A DNA stretch of 64,000 bases. Origin: Planctomycetota bacterium. Its GTDB lineage: Bacteria; Planctomycetota; B15-G4; JADJEK01. Position numbers and translations under genes: made by a program. Below, piece after piece: positions 57,088-64,000 of this stretch. The stretch is from positions 5,346 to 69,345 of the forward strand of contig JBGAIQ010000015.1 of assembly GCA_044225365.1 (NCBI GenBank). The letters run 5' to 3'. The notes beneath the pieces were generated by a model. That model was not told where the DNA came from. It saw only the letters and a list, made by a program, of their open reading frames with translations, and searched no databases. Within the stretch, counting starts at the first letter, position 1. The number at the start of each line of letters is the position of its first letter.

Positions 57088-59367
57088 GTGGCCAATCCGA
57101 CCAAGCCTCAACCCAAGGCTGCCCAGAAACCGACGCCGAAGGCCGCGCCCGCGAAGCCTCACAATTGGCGATTCTTCCGCTCCGGCGGCGTCGATCAAGT
57201 CCGCATCGACCGCGGCTCGGACATCGCGAACCTGAAGCACCTCGACCAGAAGTTGTGGGTCGCGCTCAGTTGCCCGGTGAAGGGCCTCGAGTTCGACGAG
57301 AAGACGCTCGCGCTGATCGACTCCGACAACGATGGCCGCGTCCGCGCACTCGAACTGCTGCACGCGATCGATTGGACGATCGAACGGATCGTGAACCCGG
57401 ACGAACTGGTCGAAGGGCGCGATGCGTTGCCGATCGCGTCGATCTCGGATGCGACCGAGGAGGGCAAGCAACTCCGCGCCTGTGCGAAGCGCATCCTCGC
57501 GAGCCACGGCCGGGCCGATGCGACCGCGATCACGGTGGCGGACGTCGCGAACACCGAGAAGGTCTTCGCCACGATGAAACTGAACGGCGACGGTGTCCTG
57601 CCGCCCTCGTCGATCGACGATCCGGAATTGAAGAAGATCGCGGAAGAGGTTCTCGCCTGCGTCGGCGGTGAGAAGGATCGCGGCGGCGAGTTGGGGATCG
57701 ATGCCGCGAAGTTCGAGTCCTTCATGAAGCAGATCGCGGCGTATTCGGCGTGGTGGGATTCGGGCGAGGCGCGCGCGAAGGAGATCCTGCCGCTCTCGAC
57801 CGAGACGCCCGCGACGTACGAGGCGCTCGAAGCCGTGCGCGGCAAGATCGACGACTTCTTCGCGCGCTGCGGGATCGCCGCGTACGACGAGCGGGCGCTC
57901 GCGGCCCTGCAAAAACGCCAGGAGGAGCACTTCGCCGCCGCGGCGAGCGACATGGTGATCACCGCCGACGAGTTGAAGGATCTGCCGCTGTCACGCATCG
58001 AGGCGGGGCGTTCCCTGCCCCTCGAGAGCGGGATCAACCCGGCGCACGTCGGACTCATCGCACACTTCGTGGCCAAGGTCGTGACGCCGCTGCTCGGAAA
58101 GGGCAAGAAGGAGCTGAGCGAGACCGAGTGGCGATCGATCGAGGCCAAGCTCGCACCCTACGGTGAATGGGTGAAGAGCAAGGCCGGCGTCGCGGTCGAG
58201 AAGCTCGGTCTGGCTCGCATTCGCGAGATCGGGAGGAGCAACGCCGCCGAACCACTGGCGAAGCTCTTCGCCGAGGACAAGACGATCTCCGGTGAGATGT
58301 CCCGCGTCGCGTCGCTCGACCGGCTCGTGCGCTTCTACCGGGACCTGCACAAATTGCTCGTCAACTTCGTCTCGTTCGCCGACTTCTATTCGAAGCGCGA
58401 CGCGATCTTCCAGGCCGGTTCGCTCTACCTCGATGGTCGCAACTGCGATCTCTGCGTGAAGGTGGAATCCGCGGACAAGCACTCGACGATGGCCGTCCTC
58501 GCGAAGACCTATCTCGCCTACTGCGACTGCACTCGGCCCGCGACGGGCCAGAAGATGACGATCGCGGCGGCGTTCACTGCGGGCGATTCCGACCACTTGA
58601 TGGTCGGCCGCAACGGAGTGTTCTACGACAAGAAGGGCAACGACTGGGACGCGACGATCGTGAAGCTGCTCGATCAGCCGATCAGCCTCGGGCAGGCGTT
58701 CTGGGCGCCATACAAGCGACTCCTCCGCTTCATCGAGGAGCAGGTGACGAAGCGGGCTTCCGCGGCGGACGCGGCGGCAACCGAACGGCTGCAGACCGGG
58801 GTCGCCGCGACGGCGGAAGCGAAACCGGCGGCACCCGCGCCGCCCAAGCCGAAGATGGACATCGGAGTCGTGGCGGCGATCGGCGTCGCGGCGGGTTCGT
58901 TCCTCGCGGCGTTCAGCACGCTCACCGACGCCTTCTTCAAGCTCGGCCCGTACATGCCGCTCGGCGTGCTCGCGGTCGTGCTCGCGATCTCCGGGCCCTC
59001 GATGTTCATTGCCTGGATCAAGCTGCGTCAGCGCAATCTCGGTCCGATCCTCGACGCGAACGGCTGGGCCGTGAACGGACGCGTCAAGGTGAACATCCCG
59101 CTCGGTCAGGTGTTCACCGACACGGCGCGGCTGCCGCCGGGCTCCGAGCGATCGCTCATCGATCCGTTCGCCGAGCAGAAGGCGCCGTGGGTCAAGATCG
59201 TCACGATGATCGTGCTCGTGAGCCTGCTCACCCTCGGCGCGATCTATCACGAGAAGGTCGTCGACATCTGGCGCGAAGCGAACGATCGCTTCAAGAAGGT
59301 GAACACGCAGGACGAACCGAAGCCCGCCGATCCGGGCGCGCCGCCAGCGGCCGGCGAGAAGAAGTGA
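57088..59367 (+). CDS. Large hypothetical membrane protein with EF-hand-like loop
   Basis: GTG start after GGAG; DSDNDGRVRALE canonical 12-residue loop; three C-terminal hydrophobic segments. Confidence 0.82.
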   Translation: MANPTKPQPKAAQKPTPKAAPAKPHNWRFFRSGGVDQVRIDRGSDIANLKHLDQKLWVALSCPVKGLEFDEKTLALIDSDNDGRVRALELLHAIDWTIERIVNPDELVEGRDALPIASISDATEEGKQLRACAKRILASHGRADATAITVADVANTEKVFATMKLNGDGVLPPSSIDDPELKKIAEEVLACVGGEKDRGGELGIDAAKFESFMKQIAAYSAWWDSGEARAKEILPLSTETPATYEALEAVRGKIDDFFARCGIAAYDERALAALQKRQEEHFAAAASDMVITADELKDLPLSRIEAGRSLPLESGINPAHVGLIAHFVAKVVTPLLGKGKKELSETEWRSIEAKLAPYGEWVKSKAGVAVEKLGLARIREIGRSNAAEPLAKLFAEDKTISGEMSRVASLDRLVRFYRDLHKLLVNFVSFADFYSKRDAIFQAGSLYLDGRNCDLCVKVESADKHSTMAVLAKTYLAYCDCTRPATGQKMTIAAAFTAGDSDHLMVGRNGVFYDKKGNDWDATIVKLLDQPISLGQAFWAPYKRLLRFIEEQVTKRASAADAAATERLQTGVAATAEAKPAAPAPPKPKMDIGVVAAIGVAAGSFLAAFSTLTDAFFKLGPYMPLGVLAVVLAISGPSMFIAWIKLRQRNLGPILDANGWAVNGRVKVNIPLGQVFTDTARLPPGSERSLIDPFAEQKAPWVKIVTMIVLVSLLTLGAIYHEKVVDIWREANDRFKKVNTQDEPKPADPGAPPAAGEKK

Positions 59368-59395
59368 CGAACCGCGGTCAGGAGCTCGCGAGCGC

Positions 59396-60511
59396 ATGAG
59401 CGAGACGTTCCCCGGTTTCGTCATGGCGAGCGCGGTCGCGGCGGGTCGCGCCGGGGCCGAACTCGAGGTGACGCCTTCCGGACTCCTCGCGCGCACACGC
59501 GCCGACGGTGACTTCGTGATCCCGTGGTCGGATGCCGAATTCGAGCGCGGCGGCGCGAGCGGGCGGATGATCTTCGTTCGATCACGGCGGACCGACGTGA
59601 TCCTCGGATCGGAGGCGCCGGGATTCGCGGAGTCGATTCTCGCAGGAGCGGAGCTTCCCGCGCGAGAGCGACTGCGCGCCGCGATCGAAGCCGACCGCGG
59701 GCGGTTGGCGACGAGGCGAGTCGGCATCGCGCGAATCGCCGCGATCGGCGTCGTTCTGCTCGTCGCGCTCGTGTTCGGACTGAAGTACGCGACTCGCTTC
59801 GTCGCCTCCGCCGTGCCGCGGTCGGTCGACGCAGCGATCGGCAAGGCCTACTTCTCGAGCATCGAGGGTTCGCTCGCCATCGTGCATCGTGCCCCGGTCG
59901 ACGAAGCGTTCAAGACGATCCTCGCGCGCTTCGCCGCCCATACGGATCTCGAGGGCTTCGAGGTGGAGATCGATCTCGTCGACTCGAGCACGATCAACGC
60001 GATGGCGCTGCCCGGCGGGCGGATCCTCGTGTATCGCGGGCTCCTCGAGATCCTGGGCGACGAGAACGAACTCGCCGGAGTCCTCGCGCACGAGCTCTCG
60101 CACGTAACGCAGCGGCATCATCTCACCGCGATCGGCCGGTCTCTCGGACTCATCGCCGCGGTTCAGTTCTTCGTGGGCGACGTCGCTGGACTCGTGGCGG
60201 TGGGCGTGGAAGTCATGCGGCGACTCACCGAGAACGGTTACAGCCGCGATCAGGAGAGCGATGCCGATCGGCAAGGCGTCGCACTGCTCGAAAGGAGCGG
60301 CATCGATCCGCTCGCGCTCGAACGCGCACTCGAGAAGATGGCGAAGGCGGCGGGATCGACGCCCGAAGCACTGAAGTGGCTCTCCACTCATCCCGCGGAT
60401 GAAGCGCGAAGGGCCGCGATCCGCGAAGCGGCGGAGCAGGAGTCCGGCGGGCGACGCATGCGATTCGAGCCGCTCGGGATCGATTGGAATCGCGTGAAGC
60501 AGTCGCTGTGA
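59396..60511 (+). CDS. M48 family metallopeptidase
   Basis: INAMALPGG, ELAGVLAHELSHV, YSRDQESDAD and LSTHP; single TM. Confidence 0.92.
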   Translation: MSETFPGFVMASAVAAGRAGAELEVTPSGLLARTRADGDFVIPWSDAEFERGGASGRMIFVRSRRTDVILGSEAPGFAESILAGAELPARERLRAAIEADRGRLATRRVGIARIAAIGVVLLVALVFGLKYATRFVASAVPRSVDAAIGKAYFSSIEGSLAIVHRAPVDEAFKTILARFAAHTDLEGFEVEIDLVDSSTINAMALPGGRILVYRGLLEILGDENELAGVLAHELSHVTQRHHLTAIGRSLGLIAAVQFFVGDVAGLVAVGVEVMRRLTENGYSRDQESDADRQGVALLERSGIDPLALERALEKMAKAAGSTPEALKWLSTHPADEARRAAIREAAEQESGGRRMRFEPLGIDWNRVKQSL

Positions 60512-60596
60512 CCGCGCTCGACCGGGCGATGGAGAATGCAAACTCCAGTCTCTACAGTCGCGCCCACCTCGAACTCGTTGCTCTCAGGAATCGGAC

Positions 60597-61259
60597 ATGG
60601 AAGTCGAGATTCGCGAACGCCCGTCGTTCGGCCATCTGCGCGTGAAGCTTGCGTCAGGAGAGTCGATCCTCGCCGAGTCCGGAGCGATGGCGAGCATGAC
60701 GAAGGACATCTCCTTCAAGCCGCGGCTCAACGGCGGCTTCCTGAAGGGTCTCGCGCGCAAGGTGTTCGCCGGCGAAACGATGTTCATCAATGAGTTCACG
60801 TCGAACGCGTCGGGCGGCGGCGAGCTGATCCTCACGCAGCCGTGGCCGGGTGACGTCGACGTGATGACGCTCGACGGCACCGAGATCTACCTCCAACCCG
60901 GCGCGTTCCTCGCGTGCGAGCCGAGCGTGAACATGGAGCTCTCCTTCGCGGGATTCTCCAGCATGATCGCGCGGGAGGGGCTCTTCCGCATGAAGCTCTC
61001 CGGCCGCGGCAAGGTGTGGTTCGGCGCGATCGGTGGAATCATGGTCCGCCAGATCACGGATGAACTGGTCGTCGACTCCGGCCATCTCGTCGCATACGAC
61101 CCGAGCGTGAACCTCTCACTCGGGTTGCCCGGCGGCATCTTTTCGAGCTTCTTCGGCGGCGAGGGCGTGATCGCGAGGGTACGTGGCCCCGGGCGCATCT
61201 GGTTGCAGTCACGCACGCTCGATTCCATCGCGGACTGGACCAATGGCTACTTGTTCTGA
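60597..61259 (+). CDS. AIM24/TIGR00266 family protein
   Basis: AESGAM, FAGETMFIN, VDSGHLVA, GGEG and GPGRIWLQSR. Confidence 0.92.
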   Translation: MEVEIRERPSFGHLRVKLASGESILAESGAMASMTKDISFKPRLNGGFLKGLARKVFAGETMFINEFTSNASGGGELILTQPWPGDVDVMTLDGTEIYLQPGAFLACEPSVNMELSFAGFSSMIAREGLFRMKLSGRGKVWFGAIGGIMVRQITDELVVDSGHLVAYDPSVNLSLGLPGGIFSSFFGGEGVIARVRGPGRIWLQSRTLDSIADWTNGYLF

Positions 61260-61268
61260 GGTGGGACG

Positions 61269-61955
61269 ATGAAGATCGAGATTCTCGAACGTCCCGCCTT
61301 CTCGGCAGCGAAGATCACGCTCGCTTTGGGTGAAGAAGTGACGGCCGAGTCCGGCGCGATGATCGCGATGTCGGCCGGGATCGACGTCGAGACGCGTGCG
61401 AGCAAGAAGGGCGGCGGCGGGATGCTGGCGGGACTGCGGCGCATGTTCGCGGGCGAGAACTTCTTCTTGAACCACTTCACCGCGCGCAAGGACGGCGAGA
61501 GCGTCCTCCTCGGACCATCGCTCGTCGGCGACATCCTGCATCATCCCCTCGCGAGCGGAAACCTCATCGTCCAGGGGACGAGCTGGCTCGCATCGTCCGA
61601 GGGAGTGAACATCGACGCGACGTGGCAAGGCTTCACGAGCGCGTTGTTCTCCGGTGAGAGCGTGTTCTGGGTGAAGTGTTCCGGGCAGGGCGACGTGCTG
61701 CTCTCCAGCTTCGGCGCGATCTACGAGATCCAGGTCGACGGCGAGTACGTCGTCGACACCGGTCACATCGTCGCGTTCGAGGACACGCTCCAGTTCGAGG
61801 TCGGCAAGTCGGCCGCGACGTGGCTGCAGAGCTTCCTCGGCGGCGAGGGCATCGCGTGCCGTTTTCGTGGCGTAGGACGCCTGTGGTGTCAGAGTCACAA
61901 TCCGCCGGCCTTCGGCGGTGAACTCGGCCCGATGCTGAAACCGGTGCGGCGATGA
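61269..61955 (+). CDS. AIM24/TIGR00266 family protein
   Basis: AESGAM, FAGENFFLN, VDTGHIVAF, GGEG and LWCQSH. Confidence 0.92.
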   Translation: MKIEILERPAFSAAKITLALGEEVTAESGAMIAMSAGIDVETRASKKGGGGMLAGLRRMFAGENFFLNHFTARKDGESVLLGPSLVGDILHHPLASGNLIVQGTSWLASSEGVNIDATWQGFTSALFSGESVFWVKCSGQGDVLLSSFGAIYEIQVDGEYVVDTGHIVAFEDTLQFEVGKSAATWLQSFLGGEGIACRFRGVGRLWCQSHNPPAFGGELGPMLKPVRR

Positions 61956-62659
61956 ACTACGAGATCCTCGAACGACCCGAATACTCGATCCTCGTGATGA
62001 AGCTCGCAGCCGGCGAGAAGGCCTACGCCGAGCCCGGAGCGATGGCATGGATGTCGCCGTCGATCGAGATGAAGACCGGCTTCGCTGGCGGTTTCAAGAA
62101 GACGCTCGGTCGTGCGTTCGGCGGTGAGAGCGTGCTCGTGAACACGTTCGCCGCGCGCTCCGATTCCGAGCTCGCGATCGCCGCCGGACAACCGGGCGAC
62201 ACCGTTTGCTATCCGCTCGACGGCGGGCTCGATCTCTATCTGCAGCGCGGCGCCTATCTCGCGAACGGCGACGGCGTGACGGTGACGGGAAGCTGGCAGG
62301 GCGCGCGCGGGTTCTTCGGTGGCAACGGGCTCGTGATGCTGAAGGCATCGGGACGAGGCAACCTGTTCTTCCAGACGTACGGCGCCGTGCTCGAGATCGA
62401 CGTGCGCGACGAGTACCTCGTGGACAGCGGATACATCGCGGCGTTCGAGAGTTCCCTCGAGTACCGAGTGACGACGATGCCGGGGCTCACCACGGGCGGT
62501 CGTGTGAAGACGTTCCTCTTCGGCGGCGAGGCGCTCGTCACGCGATTCATGGGCCGGGGCAAGCTCTGGGTGCAGACGCGGTCCGTGCGGCCCTGGCTCT
62601 CATGGGTCCAGCAATTCCGACCGGTGCAACGTTCGTCGAGCAGCGGCGGAGGCGACTGA
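61952..62659 (+). CDS. AIM24/TIGR00266 family protein
   Basis: AEPGAM, FGGESVLVN, VDSGYIAAF, GGEA and LWVQTR. Confidence 0.92.
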   Translation: MNYEILERPEYSILVMKLAAGEKAYAEPGAMAWMSPSIEMKTGFAGGFKKTLGRAFGGESVLVNTFAARSDSELAIAAGQPGDTVCYPLDGGLDLYLQRGAYLANGDGVTVTGSWQGARGFFGGNGLVMLKASGRGNLFFQTYGAVLEIDVRDEYLVDSGYIAAFESSLEYRVTTMPGLTTGGRVKTFLFGGEALVTRFMGRGKLWVQTRSVRPWLSWVQQFRPVQRSSSSGGGD

Positions 62660-63117
62660 TGGTCGATATCGAAGGCGCTCCCGAAAATCATCGGGTGCGT
62701 CAGCTTGCGGTGTTCCTCGCCAACCGCCTCGGCGCGCTACTCTCGCTGCATCGTGCGCTCGAAGGCGCGCAGATCCAGATCCTCGGACTCACGGTCGTCG
62801 ATGCCGCGGATCACGCCGTCGCGCGACTCGTCGTCGATCAGCCTACGCTCGCCGCGCAGGCGCTCCGCGACGGCGGCTACGCGTTCGTCGAGACGGATCT
62901 GATCGCGGTCGCGTTTCCGAGCTCGGTGGGAATCCGCCGCGTGCTCACCGCGATCCTCGTCGCCGAGGTCAACATCCACTATCTCTACGCGCTCTTCGCG
63001 CCGCTCGCCGACCGTGCGGTCCTGGTGCTGCATGTCGACGACCCCGCCTCCGCGGCGCAACTCCTCCTCCAACGCAGCATCGAGCTGGTCGACCAGAGCG
63101 CCTTCCGCCCGGCCTGA
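62659..63117 (+). CDS. Tandem ACT-domain protein
   Basis: TGATG overlap with the upstream stop; QLAVFLANRLGAL...RLVVD and EVNIHYLYA match the double-ACT pattern. Confidence 0.82.
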   Translation: MVDIEGAPENHRVRQLAVFLANRLGALLSLHRALEGAQIQILGLTVVDAADHAVARLVVDQPTLAAQALRDGGYAFVETDLIAVAFPSSVGIRRVLTAILVAEVNIHYLYALFAPLADRAVLVLHVDDPASAAQLLLQRSIELVDQSAFRPA

Positions 63118-63370
63118 CTCGCGGTACGGAATGTTTTTCCGCTCGCTGCGCGCGACGACGAAATCGTTGCGAGCCGATGGCGCGTCGTAGCTGCGGCGCT
63201 CTGCCACCGCGATCGTCGGAAGTCCTTGCCAAATGGGGGATCGAGAGTCTCTGAGGCCGTGCACGACTACCGGCTCCGGCGCACGGCGGAATCGGCAAGC
63301 GGCGTGCACTGGGCACTCCGTCCAGGACCTTCCCGTCTGCGGGAGATCGCACGATCTCCGGAGCATCTCC

Positions 63371-64000
63371 ATGTCCCTTGGAAGCAGCCTCACTCCGACG
63401 ATCCCTGCCGAGAACGCCCCGTCGGCCTACGAATCGCTGAAGGCGTCGTACCTCGCCGCACAGGCTCGCTACGAGCGCCTCGAGGACCTCGTGCGGGCAG
63501 GATCGCGCGACGCGATCCGTGTGGGACAGGAGAAGGGCGAACTGCCCGATCCCGGCCGCGTCTCGATCGTGATCCCGGTGTGGAATCAGGGCGATCTGAC
63601 GAAGGCGTGCATCGCGTCCATTCGCACGCACACGGGTCTCGACCACGAGATCGTCCTGATCGACAACGGATCCGATGCGGCGACGAAAGAGATCCTCCTC
63701 GAGATGCAGCGGGAGTCGACGCGCATTCGCGTGATCGAGAACGAACAGAACGAGGGCTTTGCTTTCGCATGCAATCAAGGGATCGCCGCGGCGAAGGGCG
63801 AACACATCGTGTTCCTCAACAACGACGTCGCCGTGACCGAGCGTTGGCTCACGCGGATGCTCGCGTTCTCCAGCCTCGACCGGCGCCTCGGTCTCGTCGG
63901 CCCACGCTCGAACCGCGCCTCCGGTCCACAGCAGGTCGACGAACTCAAGTACGACGATCTGCAGGCGATGGAGCGGGTCGCCGCGCGCTACTGCACCCGA
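63371..64000 (+). CDS. Glycosyltransferase family 2 (truncated by window end)
   Basis: Translated by hand: VSIVIPVWN, IVLIDNGS, NEGFAFACNQG, IVFLNNDV and LGLVGPRSN; GGAG SD. Confidence 0.9.
   Translation, partial: MSLGSSLTPTIPAENAPSAYESLKASYLAAQARYERLEDLVRAGSRDAIRVGQEKGELPDPGRVSIVIPVWNQGDLTKACIASIRTHTGLDHEIVLIDNGSDAATKEILLEMQRESTRIRVIENEQNEGFAFACNQGIAAAKGEHIVFLNNDVAVTERWLTRMLAFSSLDRRLGLVGPRSNRASGPQQVDELKYDDLQAMERVAARYCTR

Overview
GC-rich bacterial DNA. The gene content (ECF sigma/Ser-Thr kinase pairs, a sigma factor fused to a large exported domain, a multi-CxxCH cytochrome with a dehydrogenase-like beta-propeller, many FG-GAP proteins) suggests Planctomycetota; this is inference. The left ~2.2 kb looks like the end of an integrated element: a ParB-N/DNA methyltransferase, an HTH gene, then a 13-nt tRNA-fMet-like 3' end followed by a strong hairpin. 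The rest is mostly secreted and regulatory genes. Main observations: (1) a tightly coupled cassette at 15.7-21.3 kb encoding a divergent sigma-like protein, a TPR-like protein, two paralogous small exported peptides ending RGGxGDxP...TKxPVP, and a membrane-anchored carboxypeptidase-regulatory-repeat protein, with an AT-richer core; this is a candidate undescribed peptide-signalling module. (2) A shared ~105-140 aa C-terminal domain on six unrelated secreted proteins plus one gene relic, a candidate lineage-specific sorting or anchoring domain. (3) A covarying REP/BIME-like family at three loci and two tandem 161-bp MITE-like elements. No database searches were run; family calls rest on motifs read from the sequence.
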